Part shown: piece by piece, positions 1 to 8,628 of the stretch
Position numbering within the stretch: position 1 is the stretch's first letter
How the letters are laid out: the number at the start of each line of letters is the position of its first letter
Source: Acidobacteriota bacterium
Lineage (GTDB): Bacteria; Acidobacteriota; UBA4820; DSQY01
Assembly (NCBI GenBank): GCA_049967655.1
Contig: JBMFSH010000050.1
Span: 1 to 16,217, forward strand
DNA: 16,217 nt
Reading direction: 5' to 3'
Made by a program: the position numbers and the translations under genes
The notes under the pieces: model-generated
Told to the model about the DNA's origin: nothing
Seen by the model: only the letters and a program-made list of their open reading frames with translations
Databases searched by the model: none

Positions 1-73
1 CTTGATAGGTGACAAGGGCCTCTTCTTCAATGGCTTGCTCCGCCTGCTCTCCATGCTCTTTGCCCCGTTCCAG

Positions 74-86
74 CGCGGGATTGGGG
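74..86 (+). promoter_or_regulatory. Candidate transcription-factor site CGCGGGATTGGGG (copy 1, upstream of acuB promoter)
   Basis: The exact 13-mer recurs at 8767-8779. Here it ends 14 bp before the predicted -35 box (13 bp in the cstA copy). Confidence 0.5.
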
Positions 87-100
87 TTTGCCCCTTCGGG

Positions 101-129
101 TGGACGCCTCCCTCTCTTCCTCATATAGT
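101..129 (+). promoter_or_regulatory. Putative sigma70-type promoter for acuB-acuC
   Basis: TGGACG (101-106), 17-nt spacer, TATAGT (124-129), about 60 nt upstream of the acuB start. Confidence 0.55.
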
Positions 130-190
130 GATAACTCGGATTCGATGAGCGGATGTGGGCGCTGGAGCGCGCCGCGAGGAGGTGCTTTCC

Positions 191-820
191 ATGCTGGTCC
201 AGGACGTGATGACGAGGAGGGTGGTGACCGTCTCTCCTGCGGCCACCCTGCAGGAAGCCTATGAAACCATGCAATCGGGGCACATCCGCCACCTCCCGGT
301 GGTGGAGGAGGGCCGACTCGCGGGCGTGGTCACGGACCGCGATCTCCGCCTCGCCACCAGCACCCTCGCCCCCGCTCCTTTCGCGCCGGACACCAGAGTG
401 GGCGACGTGATGAACCGGACCGTCCGAACCGCCGACACCATGGACCCCGTGGAGGATGCGGCGAGAACCATGCGGGAGCTCAAGATCGGCTGCCTTCCCG
501 TGGTGGAGGAGGGCCGCCTGGCTGGGATCGTGACCGGCATCGACCTCCTCGATGCGCTCCTCAAGCTGACGGGAGCCACCATGCCCACGGGGCGCCTCGA
601 AATCCGGCTGCACGACCGGCCAGGCGAGCTCGCGCGCCTCACCGGCCTCGTGAGCGAGCGGAACGTCAACATCCACTCGCTCCTGACCTATCCGGAGGAG
701 AGGGCACACGTGCGTACGGTGCTGCGCGTGAACACCATCGAGACGCGCCCTCTAGCCACCGCCCTCCGCGAAGCCGGCTTCGATGTCGTTTGGCCCCCCG
801 ACAAGCCATGCCCCGCGTGA
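191..820 (+). CDS. acuB: AcuB-family protein, tandem CBS domains plus C-terminal ACT domain
   Basis: ATG at 191 follows SD GAGGAGGT. CBS repeats (VQDVMT...IRHLPVVEEGRLAGVVTDRD; KIGCLPVVEEGRLAGIVTGID) and ACT motif DRPGELARL...VNIHS. Overlaps an acuC-like gene. Confidence 0.88.
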   Translation: MLVQDVMTRRVVTVSPAATLQEAYETMQSGHIRHLPVVEEGRLAGVVTDRDLRLATSTLAPAPFAPDTRVGDVMNRTVRTADTMDPVEDAARTMRELKIGCLPVVEEGRLAGIVTGIDLLDALLKLTGATMPTGRLEIRLHDRPGELARLTGLVSERNVNIHSLLTYPEERAHVRTVLRVNTIETRPLATALREAGFDVVWPPDKPCPA

Positions 821-1941
821 TCTATTCCCAGGCCTACAAGGCCTACGACTTCGGCGAAGATCACCCCTTCAGCCCGGCCCGGCACGACATGCTCCTCGAT
901 CTGCTCACCGAGCTGGGCCACTCCCTCGCCCTGACCGAACCTCGGCCTGCCACGCGGGAGGAGATCTTAACGGTCCACGAGGAGCCCTACGTGCGGAGGG
1001 TCGAATCGCTGGGTCGTGGAGAGCCCGTGGCCGATGCCCAGAATTTCGGGCTCTGCACCGCCGACAACCCCTGTTTTCCGGGCATGGACCTGGCGGCCCG
1101 CTGGCTGGTTGGGGGCGCCCTGGAGGGAGCCAGGATGATCGCCGAGGGAGAAGAGCAGAGGGTCCTTCAGCTCGGCGGAGGCCTTCACCACGCCCAGCCC
1201 GACCGGGCCTCGGGCTTCTGCATCTATAGCGACCTCGGCGTGACGATCCGCCGGCTCACGTCCCAGGGTTTCTACGTGGCTTACCTGGACATCGACGTCC
1301 ACCACGGCGACGGGGTGCAAAAGATCTTTTACGCGGACGAGAAGGTGCTCACCATCAGCTTCCACGAGTCGGGCCGGTACCTCTTTCCCGGCACGGGCGA
1401 CGTCCACGAGCTCGGCTCCGGGGCGGGCCGCGGCCTCAAGCTCAACGTGCCGCTGGAGCCTTACACAGAGGGCGCGAGCTACCTGGAGGCCTTCGACCAG
1501 ATCGTCCCCAACGCCCTGGAGTGGTTCAAGCCCCAGATCCTGGTGGTCCAGGCGGGGGCCGACGCCCACTTCGAGGATCCCCTGGCGGACCTGATGCTCA
1601 CCACGAGGACCTATGAGGCTCTCTACCGCAGGATCCTCGACTACGCCGACCGCTTCGCCGGAGGGAAGGTCCTCTTCACCCTCGGCGGGGGCTATTCCCC
1701 CCGGGCGGTCCCGAGGGTCTGGGCCATTCTCATGTTGCTGCTCCACGACTGGCCCCTGCCGGAGAAGCTGCCTTCCTCCTGGGTGGACCGATGGTCAGCG
1801 CGGCTTGCCCTGAACCTCTCGGATCTTCTCCATGATCCCGAAGCCCCCTTCGACCCCATACCGCGAGTTGAGGAGATTACCCGGAGAAACCGCAAGGTCT
1901 GCGACCGCCTCCTCGAGGCGACCAGCCGTTACTGGTTCTGA
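808..1941 (+). CDS. acuC: AcuC-family Zn-dependent (HDAC-like) protein lysine deacetylase
   Basis: HPFSPAR, GGGLHHA, SGFC, DIDVHHGDG, SFHE, FPGTG, QAGADAH..DPL and GGGY motifs. Start is ATG 808 or in-frame GTG 817 (GTGA overlap with the acuB stop). Confidence 0.92.
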   Translation: MPRVIYSQAYKAYDFGEDHPFSPARHDMLLDLLTELGHSLALTEPRPATREEILTVHEEPYVRRVESLGRGEPVADAQNFGLCTADNPCFPGMDLAARWLVGGALEGARMIAEGEEQRVLQLGGGLHHAQPDRASGFCIYSDLGVTIRRLTSQGFYVAYLDIDVHHGDGVQKIFYADEKVLTISFHESGRYLFPGTGDVHELGSGAGRGLKLNVPLEPYTEGASYLEAFDQIVPNALEWFKPQILVVQAGADAHFEDPLADLMLTTRTYEALYRRILDYADRFAGGKVLFTLGGGYSPRAVPRVWAILMLLLHDWPLPEKLPSSWVDRWSARLALNLSDLLHDPEAPFDPIPRVEEITRRNRKVCDRLLEATSRYWF

Positions 1942-1949
1942 GCGCGCCC

Positions 1950-2000
1950 CGTCTCGGCCACCGAGGCGAGCACGAATTTTCCGATTTTCTAGGTTTTTTT
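1950..2000 (+). terminator. Possible intrinsic terminator after acuC
   Basis: Stem CGTCTCGG-cca-CCGAGGCG (1950-1968, one G-U pair) followed by T-rich tracts, though these do not directly abut the stem. Confidence 0.35.
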
Positions 2001-2148
2001 CTTGGAAGAGTGGATGACTTTTTCCGACCGCCTCGAAATTTTGACCGAGCAAGGCAAGATTGCCTGGAGAGGCCATACATTTTTTAGGTAATGGCCTTTA
2101 GCCCACTGTGGCTTCAGGATATTTCGATTGACGACATAGGAGCCGACC

Positions 2149-3072
2149 ATGAGCCCTGCCTCTTACCCCGTGCAGACCCTCGACCTCCATTTTCAAGGCG
2201 CTCCCTCCATCATCGCGGCCTTCCTGATCCGCTCCAGCGCGGGCCCCATCCTGGTGGAGACGGGACCCGCCTCGACCTATGAGGCGTTGGCGTCCGGCCT
2301 CAAGAGCGCGGGCGTGGAGCCGGAATCGGTGCTCCACGTCCTCGTCACCCACATCCATCTGGACCACGCGGGCGCGGCCTGGCGGCTGGCCCACCACGGC
2401 GCCACGATCTACGTCCACCCGGTGGGCGCCCCCCACATGCAGGATCCCTCACGCCTGCTCTCCTCGGCCCGCAAGATTTACAAGGAGACGATGGATCCGC
2501 TCTGGGGGCCGCTGGAGCCCATCCCCGCCGAGCGCATCCGGCCCCTCACCGACGGGGAGGTCCTGCGCTTCGGGGACGTGGCCATCGAGGTCCTCTTCAC
2601 CCCCGGCCACGCAATCCACCACTCCGCCTTCCGCCTCGATGGAGCCCTCTTCACGGGCGACATCGGCGGAGTGCGCATAGACGGGGGTCCCCCGATTGCC
2701 CCGTGCCCGCCCCCCGACATCGATATCGAGACCTGGAGGGCTTCTCTCGCTCGGCTCAGGGAGGTGCGCCCGGAAGTCCTCTACCTGACGCACTTCGGCC
2801 CCTTCACGGACCCTCAGGAGCACTTCGACGGACTGGAGTGGAACCTCAGGAGCCTGTCCGAATGGGTGCTGGGGCGGCTTCGCTCCGGTGTCGCCGACGC
2901 TGATCTCGTCCCGCTCCTCGAGTCTTACTCCAGCGGATACCTGGACGGTGCGACGAGGAAGGAGGCCCTGGGGAGGTCGTACGCCCTGGCGAATCCCTTC
3001 TTCATGAGCGCGGCGGGCCTTGCCCGCTACTGGCGCAAGTCGCACCCCGAGGCCGTGGAGCCGCGGGCGTGA
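2149..3072 (+). CDS. Metallo-beta-lactamase-fold hydrolase (glyoxalase II-like), substrate unknown
   Basis: SD AGGAG. HxHxDH motif THIHLDHAG, then TPGHAIHH, LFTGD and LTHFG. Confidence 0.88.
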   Translation: MSPASYPVQTLDLHFQGAPSIIAAFLIRSSAGPILVETGPASTYEALASGLKSAGVEPESVLHVLVTHIHLDHAGAAWRLAHHGATIYVHPVGAPHMQDPSRLLSSARKIYKETMDPLWGPLEPIPAERIRPLTDGEVLRFGDVAIEVLFTPGHAIHHSAFRLDGALFTGDIGGVRIDGGPPIAPCPPPDIDIETWRASLARLREVRPEVLYLTHFGPFTDPQEHFDGLEWNLRSLSEWVLGRLRSGVADADLVPLLESYSSGYLDGATRKEALGRSYALANPFFMSAAGLARYWRKSHPEAVEPRA

Positions 3073-3187
3073 AGGCGCCTTCTCTGGATTTCTGACCCGG
3101 CGCGCCCTAGGCGGCGGCCTTGCCCCCGCCGCGAAATTCCAGTCGGGGGCCTTGGGTTGCACCCGCCTGTTGGAGTATGCTGTAGCC

Positions 3188-5635
3188 ATGTTCCGGATCA
3201 TCACTGAGGGGGTTGATTTCCGGGAGTACGTTTTGCTGAGAGATGGGCAGAGCATTCTCCTGCGAATGGCCCGCCCAGAAGACGTGCCCGTGGTCGAAGC
3301 CCTGATGTCCAGGGTCTCCCGACAGAGCCTTCAGATGCGGTTCATGGGCGGCGTGGCCCTGGTGCCCCGCAGCTTCGTGGAACAGCTCTGCTCGGGAGAC
3401 CCCAAGGACCGCGCCTGCATGCTCGCCGTGACGGGCGAGGGCGAAGCAGCCCAGGTGGTGGGCCAGGGCAACTACGTGGGGCTGGGCGCGCGAAACATCG
3501 CGGAGGTGGCCTTCCTGGTGGACGACGCTTGGCAGGGGCGGGGCATCAGCACCCTGCTTCTGGAACGGCTCGCCGGCATCGCCTGCGCCAACGGCTTCGT
3601 GGGTTTCGAGGCCGAGGTGCTCTTCGAGAACCAGCGTATGCTCAACGTCTTCAGGGATTCGGGATTCCAGACCCGTCAGGCCCTGGACGGCGGTAGCATC
3701 CACCTCGAATTCCCCGTGAGCGGCGCGGCGGCGCTCAGAGAGAGGGCGGAGGTCCGGGAGCGGATCGCCACCGCCAACTCCATGGCGCGCATGTTCCGGC
3801 CCAAGGCGGTAGCCGTGGTCGGCGCTTCCAGGGACCCTGCCAGCGTGGGGGGGATGATCTTCCATCACCTCCTGCACAACCACTACACGGGGACCGTATT
3901 TCCCGTCAACAACCAGGCCGTGTCGGTGCACGGCGTGAAGGCCTACCCTTCCGTCGCCGCGCTCCCCGAGCCCCCCGACCTGGTGGTGGTGGCTGTGCCG
4001 GCCGAGCAGGTGCAGGGCGTGGCCGAGGAGGCCCTGAAGGCGGGAACCAAAGGCCTGATGGTCGTCTCCAGCGGCTTCGCTGAAGCCGGCGAGCACGGCG
4101 CGGAGCTTCAGCGAAAGCTCGTGGAAGTCGTGAGGGCCCACGGTGCTCGCCTGGTGGGACCCAGCTGTCTGGGCTTCATGAACACCCACCCGGAGGTATG
4201 CCTGAACGCAAGCCTCGCCGAGCGCCTGCCTCCCCAGGGCCGCATCGGCTTCTACTCGCACTCCGGGGCGCTGGGCCTCGTGATCCTCCAGTACGCCACC
4301 GAGCGCGGGCTCGGCTTCTCCACCTTCATCTCGGCTGGCAACCGCGCCGACGTCTCGGGCAACGACCTTCTCCAGTATTGGGAGGAGGATCCCCTTACGG
4401 ACATCGCCCTTCTCTACCTGGAGGCCTTCGGCAACCCCCGCCGCTTCGCCAGGATCGCCCGCCGCATCTCCTGCAGGAAGCCCGTGCTCTGCGTCAAGAG
4501 CGCCCGCAGCCGGGTTGGGCGGGACGCCGCCCTGGCCCACGGCGGAACGGTCAGCCAGAAGGACGAGGAGGTCGACGTGCTCTTCCAACAGGCCGGCGTC
4601 TTGCGAGCCAACACCTTGGAGGAGATGTTCGACTTGGCGGCCCTGCTAGCCACCCAGCCCCTGCCCCAAGGGAACCGCGTGTCCGTGATCAGCAACTCGG
4701 GCGGTGTGGTCACGATCACCGCCGACGCCTGCGATGCCAGCGGCTTGGCCATCTCGGGACCGGGCTTGGTGGATCTGGGCTCCATGGCCACGGCCGACAT
4801 GTACGACAGGGCCGTGCAAGAGGCCCTGGAGCACGCCGAGGTGGACTCGGTCATCGTCCTCTTCGCCTGCGTGGGCGGATGCGACCCCAAGCCCGTCGCC
4901 CGCGCCATCCGCCGCGCGGCCATCCGCGCGGAGCGCGCCTTGGGCCAAGCCAAGCCCGTTCTCCTCTGTCTTATGGGCGAGGCGGGGGCCGTGCAGGTGG
5001 CCGAAAGCCGCACCAGTGTCCTGCCGGGGCCTAGACGGACCTTCCCCTCCTTCCGCTTCCCCGAATCGGCGGCCCACGCGCTCGCCCGCGCCGTGGAGTA
5101 CGCCGCCTACCGCCGCCAACCTCCCGGCCAGATCCTCTGGTATGAGAACGTCGATGCGGCTTCTGCCCGCCAGCAGATCGAAGAGCTGGTGGGAAACGCC
5201 GCTCCGGGCGTCCCCGTCGAGGCGGCGGGAGAGGCGGCCAGAAAGCTCCTCGCCTTTTTCGGAATCGCCGTGGAGGAGCCGGGCACCGGTGAGGAGATGC
5301 CCGAAGGTGGCGGCCTTTGCGTGGCCGTGCGCTCCCATCCCGACTTCGGCCCTCTTCTCGGCCTGGGGAGCCAGGGCAAACGGCTCGTGGAGAGGATCAC
5401 GCCGCTGACCGACAGCGATGCCGCCGGCATGGTCCAGGCGGTGGGCATCACCCTCGGTGCCCAGGAGGTACGGGAACTGCTCGGCAGACTCTCACAGCTG
5501 ATCGAGGAACTGCCTTGGCTGTGGGAGATGAAGGCGCGAGTGGCCGTCCGCGGTTCCGGTGAGGCCACTCCATCGATCGCGCTGGGAGCCGATGTGCGGT
5601 TCGGCTTCCGCAAGCCGAGTCCGCGCGCCCACTAG
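3188..5635 (+). CDS. pat: Pat-type protein lysine acetyltransferase: N-terminal GNAT, CoA-binding/NDP-forming acyl-CoA synthetase-like domains, shortened ATP-grasp
   Basis: GNAT: AEVAFLVDDAWQGRGISTLLL. CoA-binding: PKAVAVVGAS, VFPVN, GVKAYPSV. Ligase-like: SGFAEAG, RLVGPSCLG, SHSGALG, GNRADVS, LLYLE, SNSGG. C-terminal PDFGP and PLT. The domain order matches Streptomyces PatA. ATG 3188 chosen over the TTG extension. Confidence 0.8.
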   Translation: MFRIITEGVDFREYVLLRDGQSILLRMARPEDVPVVEALMSRVSRQSLQMRFMGGVALVPRSFVEQLCSGDPKDRACMLAVTGEGEAAQVVGQGNYVGLGARNIAEVAFLVDDAWQGRGISTLLLERLAGIACANGFVGFEAEVLFENQRMLNVFRDSGFQTRQALDGGSIHLEFPVSGAAALRERAEVRERIATANSMARMFRPKAVAVVGASRDPASVGGMIFHHLLHNHYTGTVFPVNNQAVSVHGVKAYPSVAALPEPPDLVVVAVPAEQVQGVAEEALKAGTKGLMVVSSGFAEAGEHGAELQRKLVEVVRAHGARLVGPSCLGFMNTHPEVCLNASLAERLPPQGRIGFYSHSGALGLVILQYATERGLGFSTFISAGNRADVSGNDLLQYWEEDPLTDIALLYLEAFGNPRRFARIARRISCRKPVLCVKSARSRVGRDAALAHGGTVSQKDEEVDVLFQQAGVLRANTLEEMFDLAALLATQPLPQGNRVSVISNSGGVVTITADACDASGLAISGPGLVDLGSMATADMYDRAVQEALEHAEVDSVIVLFACVGGCDPKPVARAIRRAAIRAERALGQAKPVLLCLMGEAGAVQVAESRTSVLPGPRRTFPSFRFPESAAHALARAVEYAAYRRQPPGQILWYENVDAASARQQIEELVGNAAPGVPVEAAGEAARKLLAFFGIAVEEPGTGEEMPEGGGLCVAVRSHPDFGPLLGLGSQGKRLVERITPLTDSDAAGMVQAVGITLGAQEVRELLGRLSQLIEELPWLWEMKARVAVRGSGEATPSIALGADVRFGFRKPSPRAH

Positions 5636-5762
5636 CGCTGTTTCGCAATGCCGGCGGCGCGGCCGCCGACCATCCCGTTGAGTTCACCTCCCGGCGGGCC
5701 GTACCCCGGGATTGGTTTTAGGCGCACGCCGACCAGGCGTCCTTCATCAGCAGGAGACGTTC

Positions 5763-6275
5763 ATGAATGCCTTCGATGGAATGAGCAAGGAGGAACTTCG
5801 CAGGGCGCTCGAGGCCTTCGCCAAGAACTGGCTCGCCCACGACGGGTGCTGGTTCCTGGCGGCGGAGGAGCGCCTAGGGCTCGAAGCCGCCATCGATCTG
5901 GATTCCCGCTCCTGGGCACGCTTCGCCGTCGCCGAAGCGCGGCGCATCATGGAGACCTTCGGCGTGCCGGAGGGCGGTGGGCTGGAGTCCCTGGAGAAGG
6001 CCCTGGGATTTCGCATGTACAGCCTGGTCAACGAGCAACACACCGAATGGTCCAAGGACCGATCGCGCCTCCGCTTCATCATGGACGCCTGCCGGGTGCA
6101 GCAGACCAGGCGTCGGAAGGGGCTTGCCGACTTCCCCTGCAAGAGCGTCGGCATCGTGGAATTCTCCACCTTCGCCCGCACCATCGATCCGCGCATTCGC
6201 ACCACCTGCCTGGAGTGCCCTCCCGACGCCAAGGAGGGGCGCTACTGTTCGTGGGAGTTCACGCTGGGGGAATAG
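5763..6275 (+). CDS. DUF6125-like Cys-rich protein of unknown function
   Basis: SD AGGAG before ATG 5763. KNWLAHDGxWF, CRVQxxRxRKGLxDFPCKSVG and IDPRIxTxCxxCPPD...CxWxF match my recollection of DUF6125 (no HMM run). Confidence 0.7.
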   Translation: MNAFDGMSKEELRRALEAFAKNWLAHDGCWFLAAEERLGLEAAIDLDSRSWARFAVAEARRIMETFGVPEGGGLESLEKALGFRMYSLVNEQHTEWSKDRSRLRFIMDACRVQQTRRRKGLADFPCKSVGIVEFSTFARTIDPRIRTTCLECPPDAKEGRYCSWEFTLGE

Positions 6276-6325
6276 CGTGCCGTCGGGACCCTTGGGAGGG
6301 ACGATCCCATCCTTAGGAGGTGACC

Positions 6326-8338
6326 ATGAGCAGCGCGAGACGTTCGATACCGTCGGACCAGGAGAAGGCGCAGGAACCCGGCGACGCAGGAACGGGGGCG
6401 ATCTTCGAGGGAAAGCCTCTCGTGCCGCCGACCCCCGAACTCGTGGCCCAGGCCCCCATGAGCCTGATGGAGACCAACCGTTACCTGGAGGAGGCCCGGA
6501 AGGACCCGGCGGGCTACTGGGGGCGTATCGCGGGTGAGCTGGAGTGGCTCTCCTCGTGGGACCAGACCATGGAGGGCGGCTTCCCCCATTTCCGCTTCTT
6601 CGTGGGCGGCATGACCAACGTCTCCCTCAACTGCGTGGACCGCCACGCACGCACCCAGCCCAACAAGGTGGCCCTCTTCTGGGAGCGCGAGGATGGCACG
6701 CACGAGACCTGGACCTACCGGCAGCTCTACGAGGCGGTCTGCCGCTTCGCGAACGTGCTCAAGCGCCTCGGCGTGAAGAAGGGCGACCGGGTGGCCATCT
6801 ACATGTCCAACATTCCCGAGGCCTTCATCGCGTGCCACGCTTGTTACCGCATCGGCGCCATCTACGGCGTGATCTTCGCGGGCTTCTCGGCCCAGGCCGT
6901 CCACGAGCGGCTGGCCGACTCCACTCCGAGGGTTGTCGTGGTGGCGGACGGGAGCACGCGGCGGGGCCAGGTGGTGCCCCTGAAGGAGACCCTGGAGAAG
7001 GCGCTGGAGGGGGTGGAGTCGGTGGAGCACGTGGTGGTGGTTCCGCGCATGAAGCGCGACGTGCCCATGGTGGCCGGCCGCGACCTCAGCTACTCCGATC
7101 TCATGGAGGCGGAGTCCGCCCATTGTCCCGTGGAGCCCATGGAGGCCAACGAGCCGGGCTTCATTATTTACACCTCGGGCACCTCCGCCAAGCCCAAGGG
7201 GCTCATTCACTCGGGCATCGGCTTCATGGTGGGCGTTTACGCCGACGTCAAGTGGTCCCTGAACATCAGGCCCGAGGACGTGATGTGGTGCACCGCCGAC
7301 GTGGGCTGGCTCACCTTCCCCATCTGGGCTCTCGTGGGAGGGCTGGCCAACGGCGCCACCATGGTGGTCTACGAGGGGGCCCTGGACTTCCCGACCCCGG
7401 GCAAGTTCTACGAGGTCCTCGAGCGGTACGCCGTCAGCAAGCTCTTCACCGCCCCCACGGCCCTGCGCATGCTCCGGAGGGCGGGCGAGAAATGGATGGA
7501 GGGGCGCGACCTCAACCGTCTGTGCCTGGTCTCCCTCGTGGGCGAACCCCTGGACCCGGAGACCTGGTACTGGACCCGCGACAAGCTCGGCGGCGGGCGC
7601 ATCTTCGTGAACAACACCTACGGCCAGACGGAGACGGGCACGGGGTGGACCTCCAGCATGGTGGGCATGACTCCGACCAAGCCCGGCTCCTGCGGCCACG
7701 CTCTGCCCGGCTACGTGGCCGAGGTGGTGGACGACGATGGCCGCTCCGTGGCCCCCGGCCAGCTCGGCTACCTGACCCTCGCCGCCCCCTTCCCGTGCCT
7801 TGCGCGCACCGTCTGGGGCGACCCTCAGCGTTACGTGGAGGCCTACTACTCGCGGTTCCCGGGCCGTTACATGAGCAATGACGCGGCCATCATCGATCCC
7901 GAGGGTCAGATCTGGGTCACGGGCCGCGTGGACGACGTCATCAACGTGGCGGCTCACCGGATCGGCACCATGGAGATCGAGGCCTCTCTCATCGGCCACC
8001 CCGCGGTGAGCGAGGCGGCGGTGGTGGGGGTGCCGGACCCGGTGAAGGGCGAGGTCCCGCTTGCCTTCGTCATCCTGCGGGCGGGCCAGACGGCGGGGCC
8101 GGACCTCGAGCACGAGCTCTCGACCCACATCGTCGAGGAGCTGGGCGCCTTCGCCAGGCCCCAGCGCGTCATCCTCTCGCCCACCCTGCCCCGCACGCGC
8201 AGCGGCAAGATCATGCGCAGGCTCCTGCGAGACCTCGTGCGCGACGGGGAGGTCAAGGGCGACGTGAGTGCGCTGGAAAACCCGGATGCCGTAGAACAGG
8301 TGCGGGCGCTACTGGGCCCAGTGGCGAACAAACCCTAG
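6326..8338 (+). CDS. acs: Acetate--CoA ligase family (Acs-like) AMP-forming acyl-CoA synthetase with non-canonical pocket
   Basis: SD AGGAGG. Acs N-terminal DPAGYWG and NVSLNCVDRH; A3 YTSGTSAKPKG; TADVGW; FTAPTALRML; VGEPL; YGQTETG; GRVDDVINV; A10 LPRTRSGKIMRRLL. Confidence 0.85.
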   Translation: MSSARRSIPSDQEKAQEPGDAGTGAIFEGKPLVPPTPELVAQAPMSLMETNRYLEEARKDPAGYWGRIAGELEWLSSWDQTMEGGFPHFRFFVGGMTNVSLNCVDRHARTQPNKVALFWEREDGTHETWTYRQLYEAVCRFANVLKRLGVKKGDRVAIYMSNIPEAFIACHACYRIGAIYGVIFAGFSAQAVHERLADSTPRVVVVADGSTRRGQVVPLKETLEKALEGVESVEHVVVVPRMKRDVPMVAGRDLSYSDLMEAESAHCPVEPMEANEPGFIIYTSGTSAKPKGLIHSGIGFMVGVYADVKWSLNIRPEDVMWCTADVGWLTFPIWALVGGLANGATMVVYEGALDFPTPGKFYEVLERYAVSKLFTAPTALRMLRRAGEKWMEGRDLNRLCLVSLVGEPLDPETWYWTRDKLGGGRIFVNNTYGQTETGTGWTSSMVGMTPTKPGSCGHALPGYVAEVVDDDGRSVAPGQLGYLTLAAPFPCLARTVWGDPQRYVEAYYSRFPGRYMSNDAAIIDPEGQIWVTGRVDDVINVAAHRIGTMEIEASLIGHPAVSEAAVVGVPDPVKGEVPLAFVILRAGQTAGPDLEHELSTHIVEELGAFARPQRVILSPTLPRTRSGKIMRRLLRDLVRDGEVKGDVSALENPDAVEQVRALLGPVANKP

Positions 8339-8542
8339 CGGCTTCGGCAGAGAAAGACCGTGCGCGTTATGACGCGGCCCGGTTTCGGGTTCGTCATTCC
8401 AAATGGTCGGCAGCCTTCGGGGTCAGAGAGGGCGATCGCGGGCCCAATCGCTCTCCTGCCCCCCCCCAAAGTCCGCGATAAAAACGCGGGTGCCCCCTAC
8501 TACCGCTCGGGTTCATGGGAGAAGGGCGTTGTCTCCTGGACG

Positions 8543-8628
8543 GGGAGGGCCTGGCCTTGCCCTCCCGAACCGCGAGCCAAGCCCGCCGGTTCGGGAGATT
8601 GCCCTGCGGGGCCCCACCCCACGGGCAA
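8543..8628. repeat. Cluster of inverted repeats in the acs-cstA intergenic region
   Basis: GGGAGGGC/GCCCTCCC (8543-8550/8559-8566), CTCCCGAACCG/CGGTTCGGGAG (8562-8572/8587-8597), TTGCCC/GGGCAA (8599-8604/8623-8628). Confidence 0.7.

Noticed and set aside
3020..3187. N-terminal extension of pat in the ORF track (likewise 155-190 for acuB and 5712-5762 for DUF6125)
   Set aside because: The pat extension overlaps the upstream gene, and all three run through promoter or SD signals. The downstream ATGs have better context.
6544..7881. Long alternate-frame Arg/Gly/Pro-rich ORFs (also 4198-5034, 13664-14875, 9012-9809)
   Set aside because: Composition is typical of off-frame reads of GC3-rich genes.
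6242..8128. 628-aa minus-strand ORF, and similar ones at 3107-4588, 8857-10116, 967-1746, 10610-11623 and 11743-12846
   Set aside because: Antisense shadows of well-supported genes.
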